This document shows, piece after piece, positions 36,891-47,933 of a stretch of DNA of 64,000 bases. The notes under the pieces were generated by a model that had not been told where the DNA came from, made no database searches, and saw only the letters and a program-made list of their open reading frames with translations. The stretch lies in assembly GCA_040437565.1 (NCBI GenBank), contig JBDOQK010000035.1, forward strand, positions 124,001-188,000, written 5' to 3'. Numbering within the stretch: the stretch's first letter is position 1; each line of letters begins with the position of its first letter. The stretch is from Albugo candida. Lineage: Eukaryota. The translations under genes and the position numbers were made by a program.

Positions 36891-39136
36891 TCAATTCGAC
36901 TCAATCTGAGGATCCAAAGCTTCCGCATGTGCTTCGGCATTAGCTTCCGCTGGAGCAGCTTCAGCACTCTGCTGATACTGGTTGTACGCATCCGCAGTCT
37001 CTTGTGCTGCAGTTCCAGTGACTCCCCACGCGGCATTGGCGGCATCAATTCCATAATACGCCGCATACTCATAGAACCCATTCCAATACGCGTTCGGATC
37101 ATTCGGATCGACCGTCGCAGTGGTCTGAGTGGTATCTGCTGCACCCTCAGTGTCTCCAGGAGGATTCGTAAGGGCTCCTTGATAATACTGCTGGCAATAT
37201 GCTTCATACTGAGCTTGTGTATAGCCAGCATATTGAGGATCCGTTGCATATTGATCATAACCTGTGCCATAATTGTAATAATTTTCATACTGTGAGCCAT
37301 ACGAATTTCCTGTTTGCCCCGCGCCTTGAAGAATGACAGAATCGATCTCTTCTTTGGCTCGTTGAAGCGATTCTGGAGCACCATGGATGGAAATCGTTCG
37401 TACTGGCGGATTCGACCCTACATCCGGAACTTGAGGAATTTGAACCCGAACAGTATTCCGATCTTGGATTCCTTTGATTGTATCGCCTTTTTTACCAATC
37501 ACAACACCAACGCGATCATTTGGTACTTGCATGTAAATAGTTGAGCCAGAATTGTGATTTTCTTGAATGAGACCTAAGATCTCATTTTTGGCTGCATCTT
37601 TTGCTTCCACGGTACCTTTCACAGTGATTTTCCGCATCGTTGGATTCGACGCATCGGGTGTTTGAGGCACAGTGATATTTGTTCCGGTTCGGACTTGGAT
37701 GGATCGAATGGTAGCACCACCACGACCAATAACCAAACCAACACGATCATTCGGAACCAAAATCTCGAGTGTTTCAGAGCCATCAGGATTTGTGCCACCA
37801 TAGCGTGCATCATCGCCACCACCACCTCCATTTGCTCTCTCATCCAACAGATTTTGGATCAGTTTTTTCGCACTTTCTACGGCGTCTTCAGTTCCAGCGA
37901 TGCTCACAAATCGTTCCGGTGTGAATGCTGCACCTTCTTCTTCCCTAACGATCTGAATATGCGCTCCACTACGAGCCTGAAGATCGCGAATTGTTTCTCC
38001 GCCGCGGCCGATGATGTATCCGACATAAGTACGAGGCACTGGCATTTGGTACGCTTTGCTTCCATCCGCACTTCCCGGTCCATAATGTCCAAATTCATTG
38101 CCTCCATCGATTCCAGCGCCTTTGAGCTCCGCGACTCTGANNNNNNNNNNNNNNNNNNNNNNNNNNNNNNNNNNNNNNNNNNNNNNNNNNNNNNNNNNNN
38201 NNNNNNNNNNNNNNNNNNNNNNNNNNNNNNNNNNNNNNNNGTTTTTTCGCACTTTCTACGGCGTCTTCAGTTCCAGCGATGCTCACAAATCGTTCCGGTG
38301 TGAATGCTGCACCTTCTTCTTCCCTAACGATCTGAATATGCGCTCCACTACGAGCCTGAAGATCGCGAATTGTTTCTCCGCCGCGGCCGATGATGTATCC
38401 GACATAAGTACGAGGCACTGGCATTTGGTACGCTTTGCTTCCATCCGCACTTCCCGGTCCATAATGTCCAAATTCATTGCCTCCATCGATTCCAGCGCCT
38501 TTGAGCTCCGCGACTCTGAGGATCAAATAAGAATCAGATGGTATCAGATTGAATCAGATTGCGTACTTTCGTAATTGTTCTTGCTTGAGTTTCATTGCTT
38601 GCTGTGGATTGAACAATATCTCTTCGATAGAAACTTGCGCTCTGGCGATCGCTTCATCCGACTCCGCAGTGATGAGGACGTGCAACTCATCGTTCTCGTC
38701 GGGATCTCCAAAAGCATCTTTACTTGATCCTTTACCTCGAATCAGAATTTTTGCACCTGATTCGTCTTCCATCCGTTTCTGATTCGAGCCACGTGGCCCG
38801 ATTAGTAGACCCATGAAATTGATGTCCGGATATTTGTCGACAGGAATATACACTTTCTTCCTCTTTTTCTCTAACGATGGATGTTTGAGCGCATAGTTAC
38901 GATAGGACATGAGGGCGAACTCACGTACCAGCGGTGGGATCCTCCTAATTTAGCACAGAAAACATCAATTCTTAACAAGCTGCACGAATCGTACAGAGGC
39001 AATTGAAAAGGATAGATAGATGAAAACATACAGTTCCCCATCGCGTTTTCCGCTTGCCGAGTTCAGACGGAATTGCAGTCGCCGCTAGCCTCGCGGCGAT
39101 TGCTCGAGCACGAGCAACTGGATCCATCTCAGCCAT
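36891..39136 (-). CDS. Multi-KH RNA-binding protein: SF1-type KH-QUA2 plus three FUBP/KSRP-type KH domains and a Tyr-rich tail
   Basis: YPDINFMGLLIGPRGSNQKRME..GAKILIRGKGS..LHVLIT..LKQEQLRK, followed by three VGxxIG(R/K)(G/K)GxTI KH repeats. GT-AG introns join the exons in frame. Confidence 0.85.
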
Positions 39137-39234
39137 GTTAATCACAGTTTTCTTTCCACCAGCCAATCGAAAAACGGTACACTGTCGAGCTTAAAAGTGT
39201 CGTTAGACTATTAGCCAATCGGTAGCTGACAGTA
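39137..39234. promoter_or_regulatory. Putative bidirectional promoter with two CCAAT boxes
   Basis: 98-bp head-to-head spacer with AGCCAATC at ~39161 and ~39213. Confidence 0.55.
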
Positions 39235-40856
39235 ATGGCCAGGGTACCTCTGGTTACAGCCAAACCGCGGCGTTGTTCTCCGCGCTTGGCACCTGCTTCA
39301 CGTCTCCGACAACGTGAGCATAGAGATCCCTATAATTTACACATTCGACCAAAGTTCTTGTATTATCGTAGAAGTTACTCCAGTGCGAAATCAACAACGC
39401 GTTTCAGTTCAAGATGAGAATCCTAGTCCAGCGACCGAGTGCACCGAAGCGAATGCGGGCTCGACTGAATCATTTCCTAAAAAAGTGATAAAGGAAAAAG
39501 CAGCGCTGGCTCGAAAATCACGATTACAGACTCTGAGGTCACGAAAAGTCGCAAAGGTTACGTTACTCTGATCACATTAATACAATGACTCTAATCGTGA
39601 TGCTTAGAAAGATGCCAAAAACGACGTGAATAGAGGAAAGAAATCGAAGATNNNNNNNNNNNNNNNNNNNNNNNNNNNNNNNNNNNNNNNNNNNNNNNNN
39701 NNNNNNNNNNNNNNNNNNNNNNNNNNNNNNNNNNNNNNNNNNNNNNNNNNNTTAGAAAGATGCCAAAAACGACGTGAATAGAGGAAAGAAATCGAAGATA
39801 TCACAATCTACAACCAAATCGAGTCTCACGAGAACAGAGCGCCGATCTCGTAAATTACCAAGACGTAGCCCACCGCAAGAAGATAATCCACTTGGAGAAG
39901 ACGTAATCGTTAAAGTACCCCATATATCCGCCAGGAAGAAAGCCGCTATTTGGGCCAAACGCGTCTTAGAATCGGAGCCAGACTGTGATAAACCACTCGA
40001 AGTAGCTACCACAGAATCGAAAGCGTCGCTCTCTCTTTCTAGAGAAAAGTCAAAACCCGTGGAAGAAGTCGATGTTTCTCAAATGTCACTAAGAGAGCTG
40101 GCTTTGAGTATTTCAAGTAGCAAATGCAAGCCCAAACATGAAGAGATTTTCAAGGAAGAAGACGATCATAGTGAAATAGAAAACTTTGATGGCATGGATG
40201 CATCACATCAATCCGCTTCTACTTGTAACGATGAAAGCGCGTTGATGGCTCCTCAGGTTCAGATTATTGACGGAAAAATGGTCATAACTCAAGCACTCGT
40301 GCAACACAAAATGGAACCTAATAAAGAAACGATAACTGAGGAACGTCAACAATTAGAGACAGTTCGTTCCAAGCGGTGGGGAAAAGAAGAAACTAAACAA
40401 TTTTACTACGTACGTATTGATATAAATCTTGATTCGTTGTTCAATTGCTATGTAGTGTTTGAGTCAAACAGGACCGACATTCTCGATGATGGAACCGCTA
40501 TTTCCGTCTCGAAGTCGTTTGGAGCTAAAGAAAAAGTTCAAGTCTGAGGAAAAGTTGCGTCCTCGGTTGATAGAGATAGCCCTCCGAGCTTCCGTTGCCC
40601 CGTTAGGTACGAAATATCGCAAAGTTATCGCTTCTATTTATTTTCTAAATGCACAGACGGAGAAATCGTGAAGACGATCTCTCAACTGATCAAGAAAGCG
40701 TCAGAGGTAGGAATTACAAAAACGGTAGAAACTAGTGAAGAGAAGTGCGACGACAAGGATATCATGTCGGACGATGGTGAAGCAGTTCACAATTTGAGCG
40801 TTGTGTCTCTCGATCAGTCTGAAGAGCTCGAGTCATCGTTTGACTTTGGGTCGTAA
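39235..40856 (+). CDS. BDP1: TFIIIB subunit B'' (Bdp1), SANT domain; multi-exon
   Basis: APQVQIIDGKMVI and RWGKEETKQFYY..LSQTGPTFSMMEPLFPSRSRLELKKKFKSEEK match the Bdp1 SANT region. Confidence 0.8.
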
Positions 40857-40930
40857 AGTGATCGAGCATAAACGAAATAAAAGGCAGAAGAAACTTTTAT
40901 ATGAAATTACAAAGTGAGATTTCCGTACAT

Positions 40931-41182
40931 TCAAAAGAGTGCTGTAAATCCAAATGCTCCCACTGTTATTAGAGTTGCGGTAATGGCCGCAGATTTGGTG
41001 GATGGCGCGCTACTTTTTGGAGTAGGCGGTACGTCTGACTGACTGGAAGTTCCGGTTGTCGATGCACCAGTTGATGGGGTGGAAGTGGTCGAGTCTGAGC
41101 TTTTGGAGCTGCTTGAGGCGACAGGCAGGCACATCATGTTGGTGACCGCGATTGCAAGGACGACGATGGCTTGGACTTTCAT
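40931..41182 (-). CDS. Small secreted Ser/Thr-rich, probably GPI-anchored protein
   Basis: Signal MKVQAIVVLAIAVTNMMCLPVAS, S/T-rich core and hydrophobic C-terminus. INR/FPR TCAGTTCCGAATTT at 41199-41212 (-). Confidence 0.75.
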   Translation of the reverse strand: MKVQAIVVLAIAVTNMMCLPVASSSSKSSDSTTSTPSTGASTTGTSSQSDVPPTPKSSAPSTKSAAITATLITVGAFGFTALF

Positions 41183-41389
41183 GGTTCTTGTATGTGGCAA
41201 ATTCGGAACTGAATAATATTTACTTCTTTGGGTACCAGCTGCACGTGGAACGATGACGCAATATCTGGTCGACTTTCACCTTCGATTTATTTTAACTTGA
41301 TTAATGTATACTTAGATCATTGAAGTTGGATTACACGTGGCAAACTCCCGAACTTGATTCTTTACATAAAGCAAGTTCTAGAAGATTAC

Positions 41390-41983
41390 TCATGTTAGGG
41401 TAAATACGACTAACGTTCCAACGCAACTTAAGAGATATACACGATAAGTACGGATGGGATGACTCCTTGAAATAGGGGCGATTTCATCCGAATCATCTTG
41501 ATCATCACTCGGTATACCAATGGGCGCAGGAGCTTCGGGAGAGCTTGTAGTTGTAGCGTTATTTCCAGGTGGTGATTTGTTTCTTAATTTTACCAAATCT
41601 TGCTCACCCGAGCATTTCTCTTTCAGCAGCGGATTGGATGGAACTTTAGCTTTTTCACCTGGATGACTGATTCCATCTAAAATGAGCTTCGAGTCGTCTT
41701 TTGTGCTTGTCCAAACACAGCACGGGTCGCCAAGTTCTTGACCATTGGTGAATCCATCTTGATCCGCATCTTGCTGACATACCCCAGCTGTCCATTTATT
41801 CCCCGCTGCACCGAATTGTTTTCCAAAGGCGTTAAGGCTGGCACCAGTAGCGTCTGTGTGTCCGACGGCCGGAGCGTTGGGAACCTTTCCTCCATTTGGT
41901 GTTAGTTTGACGTACGACTGAAATGCACCTGAATGCGGCCATAGTCCATTTAACACGAGTAGAAGGCGTGGATAGCTGCACAT
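41390..41983 (-). CDS. Temptin-like secreted protein with a putative GPI tail
   Basis: PNGGKV..AVGH...NAFGKQF...W...CQQDADQDGFTNGQELGDPCCVW..HPG, with a hydrophobic C-terminus. Confidence 0.8.
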   Translation of the reverse strand: MCSYPRLLLVLNGLWPHSGAFQSYVKLTPNGGKVPNAPAVGHTDATGASLNAFGKQFGAAGNKWTAGVCQQDADQDGFTNGQELGDPCCVWTSTKDDSKLILDGISHPGEKAKVPSNPLLKEKCSGEQDLVKLRNKSPPGNNATTTSSPEAPAPIGIPSDDQDDSDEIAPISRSHPIRTYRVYLLSCVGTLVVFTLT

Positions 41984-42190
41984 AAATTGAAAAAATTGTG
42001 ATCACAATTTTGTGTCTGAAAGCGATGTTACGATCATTTTATGAAAAGGTCGCGTTTTTCAGCATGGAAGGGTTACACTCATGACAAGTGGCGGGCTCGG
42101 TAAACCGTTTTTATCCAATCACAAGTCGGGGAGCCCAGTAATCTTTAGAAGGGTATTTATCGATGTACAATGCATTTTTTAGTACTGATT

Positions 42191-43039
42191 TTATAAAAGT
42201 AAACTAATCCAAATTGCGAGAAAGGCGCCGGATGTGTGGAGATATTCCCGCCCCCCTTCGCACGAAGCGGAATTAGAAATGTCACTATCGGAGCTGCTCG
42301 AGGAACTTTCGTCAGAGCTTCCGTCGGGAGAGCTACCTCCGGCAACTTCTTTCTCGACCACTTCCGTTTCTTCAGTCGCTTGTGTTTCTTCCGCGCGCGG
42401 CGAGACTACCGATGTCACATTTTTCGACTTTTTCTCTACGTTCTGCTCCTTCTCCATGGTTACTCCAGTTACCTTTGACCCTTTCTCCTTGATTACCTCT
42501 TCAACCTCTGACCCTTTTTCTTTGCGTCCTTCTTGTTTTTCTGATCCGCTCTCTTTGGTTACTTTGTCACCCTTGAACCCAAAAACCTTACTATTGGACC
42601 CTTTCTCTTCTTCTTGGTTGGAAACGACATCATCGGCACTGATACTTTTGGTAGTAATATCGTCATTTCGTATTAAAGAGGTAGTAGTTTTCGATTTGCT
42701 TTTTTTACATTTTGGTGCAGTTGTCGTATCGTGTGGGTCACTCGGATCGCTGAGATCGCTCTTTCGAAGTTTACTGTTATCCTCAGCTGACTTCCATTCA
42801 CAACAAGTATCTCCCAGTTCTTCGCCATTGGTGCGTCCATCGTTGTCACAATCCGAATAGCAGTACGACGGCCAGTTTCGATTCTGATGATACGAACTCC
42901 CTATACAAGACAGCAATGTGTGATTGTTGCCAATGTGTCCTACGGCATCAAAGTGCTTGCCATTGGGAATATTACTGGCGTACTCTTTGAATGCCGTGAC
43001 TTGTATCAGGAAGGCAAAGGTAATGACCCACAAAGTCAT
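42191..43039 (-). CDS. Temptin-like secreted protein (divergent paralog) with a K/E/S-rich stalk and putative GPI tail
   Basis: IPNG..AVGH...W..YCYSDCDNDGRTNGEELGDTCCEW, with a signal peptide and hydrophobic C-terminus. Confidence 0.8.
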   Translation of the reverse strand: MTLWVITFAFLIQVTAFKEYASNIPNGKHFDAVGHIGNNHTLLSCIGSSYHQNRNWPSYCYSDCDNDGRTNGEELGDTCCEWKSAEDNSKLRKSDLSDPSDPHDTTTAPKCKKSKSKTTTSLIRNDDITTKSISADDVVSNQEEEKGSNSKVFGFKGDKVTKESGSEKQEGRKEKGSEVEEVIKEKGSKVTGVTMEKEQNVEKKSKNVTSVVSPRAEETQATEETEVVEKEVAGGSSPDGSSDESSSSSSDSDISNSASCEGGREYLHTSGAFLAIWISLLL

Positions 43040-44019
43040 AAATAAAAGTTGAGTGAGAGCGACAATTAATTTGCAGCGTAATTACTTGAATGGTGGGTTA
43101 TCCAGCTCATTACATCCAGTAAACGGGAATCCCCATGGATTTTGTCATAGCTATACGTACTAATTACGTGTTTTGAAAAAGGTTACGTGAAACGACACTG
43201 CGCTGGAATGTAAACCCATCGTATTACAACACAGCGTACTTGATGTGTGTCTGAACTTAAGACTAGATATATGAATACCTAACCACACGAAGAGCATCCC
43301 ACTACAGAAACTCGATGTGAATTCATCAGGGCGATAGAAACACTTACTTACTTGGTTGTTGAATTGGACCATTATGATTGATGCGCCCCATTCGTCTCCG
43401 AGGCCCCGATTGATTATTCGTCCCTCCGGATGAGCGTTCCTCCCTTGCACCACGATTTGTGTTCCTAAGCTCTGCTGGATCCTAAATTAAAGGTGTAACA
43501 AGAAATTCAATTGGTCCACCTAAATTAGTCACATACAGTGAACAAAGAGCGAAAACTTAATCAAAGAGAGTAAAGCGCTTAATGTCAAGTGTACAGCGAT
43601 AAAAGGCTTACAAGACTCCAACAAGGTTGACTGTACCCCAAAACGCATCGGAAAGAGCCGACAAACGCCACGCCGATCGCTTTGTTACGACAGCTCCGTT
43701 GCAAACATAAACCATTTTTCAAGTATTTTGAGCTAATAAAATACGATTTACATAAGTAGCCAACTCAAACCCTTGAAAATCTTTTCCACCAATCCGGTCG
43801 TATCCCTTCAATAAAAGAGCGACACTCAAAATTGCAAATCTACTTCGGTTGCACTAACAATCACTCATGCCGACAAAATCTGAGTGAATTCAAGCTCGAA
43901 GTGAGCCAACTACTCTTTCAATCTATACCCTGTAGAAAGCTGCATCCTCATCCTCTATGATCAGAACTCCTACTACATTACATATCAACTTCCCAGCATT
44001 CTCTTCCGATCGCTTTTGT

Positions 44020-45938
44020 GACAGCTGACCTCTTCCCGATCAATCATTTCCACACCAGTAATACAAGTGGATACGGATGGAGGCTGTATCTTTGAAAGAA
44101 TACACGCTAATGCCGCTCCTGGTGGCTCTTTCGGTCCCAAAAGCGCACGCTACAGCAACAAAAATCAGTTCTTTTCACCCAATACAGTCCCAGCGTACCG
44201 CTTTGTGTACTGAAGCAAAATTATCGATCTTTGCCTCTGAGACTTTATTATGAGGATCAAGACCAGCAACTAGAACATCAAATTCAGACAATCTTCTTTG
44301 CAATAAATGAAGCAATATCGCTGGATCCATTTCGTTAAGATCGCCTGTCACGTTCGTTGTCGACAATGCGATCCCACTTTTCTTCGCCTGCAAAATAACA
44401 AGACACCGCTGGATGATACATCCAAGCTCTTTCCTCTCCGAATAACGCTGCTGTAATAGCGTGTCATAATGCTCCAATTTCGCCTGAATCGCTTCAACAC
44501 AAGATGTCAAGTGCCTTCCTTCTGTTTCCATGGCCTCTCGCGTTTCTCGAACGCTTTCCATACGCATTTTTAACGCCATATTCTTTTGATTGCATTCATG
44601 TTGCATGTCAAAGAGCTCTTCCTCCAATAATGCATTCATCTTATAAGTTGATAAAAGCTGTTGTTCCATACAAACAAAATGGGTCACAAAACTTTGAATT
44701 GTGCCCGAAAAGCCTAAAATGGATGAAATGATCTCGAACGCTTTCTGAAACCCCACCAGCTTCTTAGACGATCGCATTCGAATCATCTTGCGAGTAGCCA
44801 TGCATTCCATAGGGCTTTCCTGTCGAATTTGCGTGATTTTCGTCCCGTTTTCACCTGAAGCCTCTAGAAGACTTTTCCTTTCTGCAACTCGCATGAGACG
44901 TTCCACGTCGCAATTCTTTTCGTTGGTGGACAGAGAAAGATTCTCCAGTAAAAGACGATGTTCCTCCAATTCAATCTCCCCATTGCGCTCTTCCTGAACG
45001 AGGTCGTCGGCCACTTGAGATCGGGCAAGATGAAGCTCGTACAGCCGATTCCTCAATTCCGCTTGCATTTGAGTTGCTTGCTCCAAATCGATTTTCAGCT
45101 TCTCATTGACGTTGACAAGTGTGAGAATTTCTCGACGAGATGTATCGACTTGAGTCTTCATGTCGCGATGCGTGCCTTTGAGTGTCATACACTCTTTTTC
45201 AGCCTTCACCACACGCTTTTGCATAATGGAAACACAATTAGCAACTGCGATATCATTATCTCTTACAGCATGAACGCCTTTCATTCGTTTTTTTACTTTT
45301 AGGATTTCCGATGTGAGACGCTCATGCTCGTGTGTGAGCGCTGACAGTTCCGCTCGTTGATACTGTATTCTATGCTGATAAACACCATCTTGTTGTAGCA
45401 GGCGTTCAACAGGTGTCTTGACGGTACTCTTACTGGCTGCGGTATCGTTCATATTTGCAGTGCTGTGGCTCTTACGTAAAAGGCTTAAAGCGCATGAATG
45501 TGACGCATTCACTTTCCTTTCTTGTTCGATTATGCTTTGTGACATGCTTCTGGCATCTCCTTCGTCGTCCAACAACGCAGTGAGAAGAGTATCATCAGAC
45601 TCCATTCCCGGAAGCCGTTTCCGGCTTCGAATGTTTCTTTCCTTTCCCGGCACTATTTGTTCATTATGCTCAATTAATTGGACATATGAATGCTTCATGT
45701 TCAGCTCCGGGATGGTGTAGTGTTGATGAGAAGGCTGTGGGAGCGTTGGAGGCCTTGCATGGTCTTTAGGCGTTTTCTTGCATGCTGCTGATTGTGGTCG
45801 TTTTCTGGAGCGTAAAGAGCCACCATTGGACTTCTCATTTGTTACTGATATTGTAAACACTTTTTCTTTGGTGTATAGTCCCTTGGAACGGCACATATTC
45901 GCTTTATTTGCACGTTGTTCGTCGACATGCATTTGCAT
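44020..45938 (-). CDS. Coiled-coil protein resembling outer dynein arm docking complex subunits (ODA1/CCDC114/CCDC63-like); 3' exons uncertain
   Basis: 587-aa ORF. GVHAVRDND..IMQKRVVKA..MKTQVDTSRRE and AFEII..FVTHFVCMEQQ recall the ODA-DC2 family. A probable intron starts at GTACGC near 44198. Confidence 0.55.
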
Positions 45939-46049
45939 TTATTCTCATTACAAAACGAAGCGACACGACATCTAATTGGGTAATAAAAAACATAAACCAC
46001 CAATCATATAGCTGTTAGAAACCGGTATTTTAAAAGCGACCATCCGAAA

Positions 46050-47843
46050 ATGACCACATTTCTTCCGACTCCCGTGCGTTCGTACACAACGTACAGCGAT
46101 GTAAAGCAAGCGGAACCTGTCACTAAAGAAGCAGCACCTACCATCACTATCCCTACATATCCAAATCGAATAAAATCAAAGTTTATCCCGCGATCCTTAC
46201 AAGATTTCGGAAATGGTGGTGCCTATCCTGAGATCCACGTCGCACAATTTCCACTCTATATGGGCAAGAAGAAAACCTCCATCAGTACCACCCAATCCTC
46301 CACTCTACAGCACTCAACTTCAGCTGTAATGCCGCGGAACAACGCATTGGCATTACAGGTGCATGGCCTTCAGGAACCCATCAGTTATGATGCAATCGTA
46401 ACACAGCATCACCGTGACAAGCAAAATGTATACACCCGCTTTACCGATATCGTAGAGAAACCGGTATTGACCGCGGCAGCTCAGCCGCCAATTCCATCGC
46501 AAGACGAAGAAGAAGAGACGACATGCCGCACGAAATATGCTCTTCAGGCGCTGGTTCAAGGCAAAATCGCTGCTGCCCTTCCGGTGAACGTAAATCGCCA
46601 AAAAACAGCGCAAGAAACGTCACATTACGTCCGATATACGCCTCACGACAAAGGGAAAATGGGCGGAGGACAGAAGCAGAGAATCATTCGTCTCGTTGAG
46701 GCAGCCAAAGACCCAATGGAGCCGCCTAAATTCAAGCACAAGAAGACTGTACGTGGACCACCATCGCCACCAGTTCCAGTGCTTCATTCTCCGCCCAGAA
46801 AACTCACTGTACAAGACCAACAAGCCTGGAAGATTCCTCCATGCATTTCCAATTGGAAAAACTCCAAAGGCTTCACAATCGCTCTGGATAAGCGTCTGGC
46901 TGCCGATGGACGTGGACTCCAACAGGTGACAGTGAATGACAATTTCGCTTCATTCTCTGAAGCACTTTCCATCGCTGAAAGAAAAGCCCGGGAAGAGGTC
47001 AATATGCGTGCGCAAGTGCGTAAGAAAGTGGCCTTGAAACAGAAGGAGGAGAAGGAAAAGGAACTTCGTGAATTAGCACTTAAAGCTCGAATGGAACGTG
47101 CTGGAATTCGTGAGAAATCGCGTCGCGAATCCATCAGTTCTGTAGAATCCAATGACGAAGATGAAGGTCTTGAAGAGCGTGAGCGAGTACGCAGAGAACG
47201 GAAGAGGGAACGAGAGCGTGAGATGCGATTGGAAAAGCTTGGAAAGAAGGGGAAATTCGCTCGTGATCAAGATCGTGATGTTTCTGAGAAAATCGCTTTG
47301 GGACAATTGCAAGGTTCCGGGAAGCTTTCGGGTGACACAATGTACGATTCTCGTCTTTTCAATCAATCGCAAGGAATCGATGCTGGTTTCGGTCAAGAAG
47401 ACGATTATAATGTGTATTCAAAACCGCTTCTAGATCGAGGAAAAGCCAGTGTCTATCGACCAAAAGCAGATGAATCTCTTGGAGATGCCGATCAGGAATT
47501 GGATGAGTTGAAAAACGGTCATCAAAAGCGATTCAAAGCTGACAAACAATTCAAAGGAACTGAGATTGGTGGAAAACGAGATGGACCCGTGCAATTCTCT
47601 TACGATAAGGCTGAAAGCGATGACTCTGACCATGAAAAACAATCTCGATCTCCACATCGGTCTCAGCGAAGACGTTCTCGATCATCTCATCGATCTCATC
47701 GAAAGCGTTCTCGATCTCCAAGTCGATCCCAGCGAAAGAGATCACGATCACCACATCGATCCCGACGTCAAAATTCCAAGGACGACGATCCTTTTGGTTT
47801 GGATCAGTTTTTGTCGGATGCTCGAAAAGGACGAACTCATTAG
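46050..47843 (+). CDS. SNW1: SNW1/SKIP (Prp45) spliceosomal protein
   Basis: DFGNGGAYPEIHVAQFP, DPMEPPKFKH, SPPVPVLHSPPRKLT, WKIPPCISNWKN, LDKRLAADGRG and DPFGLDQFL. Confidence 0.97.
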   Translation: MTTFLPTPVRSYTTYSDVKQAEPVTKEAAPTITIPTYPNRIKSKFIPRSLQDFGNGGAYPEIHVAQFPLYMGKKKTSISTTQSSTLQHSTSAVMPRNNALALQVHGLQEPISYDAIVTQHHRDKQNVYTRFTDIVEKPVLTAAAQPPIPSQDEEEETTCRTKYALQALVQGKIAAALPVNVNRQKTAQETSHYVRYTPHDKGKMGGGQKQRIIRLVEAAKDPMEPPKFKHKKTVRGPPSPPVPVLHSPPRKLTVQDQQAWKIPPCISNWKNSKGFTIALDKRLAADGRGLQQVTVNDNFASFSEALSIAERKAREEVNMRAQVRKKVALKQKEEKEKELRELALKARMERAGIREKSRRESISSVESNDEDEGLEERERVRRERKREREREMRLEKLGKKGKFARDQDRDVSEKIALGQLQGSGKLSGDTMYDSRLFNQSQGIDAGFGQEDDYNVYSKPLLDRGKASVYRPKADESLGDADQELDELKNGHQKRFKADKQFKGTEIGGKRDGPVQFSYDKAESDDSDHEKQSRSPHRSQRRRSRSSHRSHRKRSRSPSRSQRKRSRSPHRSRRQNSKDDDPFGLDQFLSDARKGRTH

Positions 47844-47933
47844 TCATTGTCTCTTTGCATACAGAAATTCTATTCACAACAAAATCTATGATAAACGTGA
47901 GTTGGAATACAGTGTTGTGTCCTGTGGATTGGG

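Noticed and set aside
37862-38520. Extra KH domain
   Set aside because: Identical sequence on both sides of the gap at 38141-38240.
43100-43900. Possible ncRNA or gene in the largest spacer of the dense block
   Set aside because: No tRNA or snRNA signature and no credible ORF was recognised.
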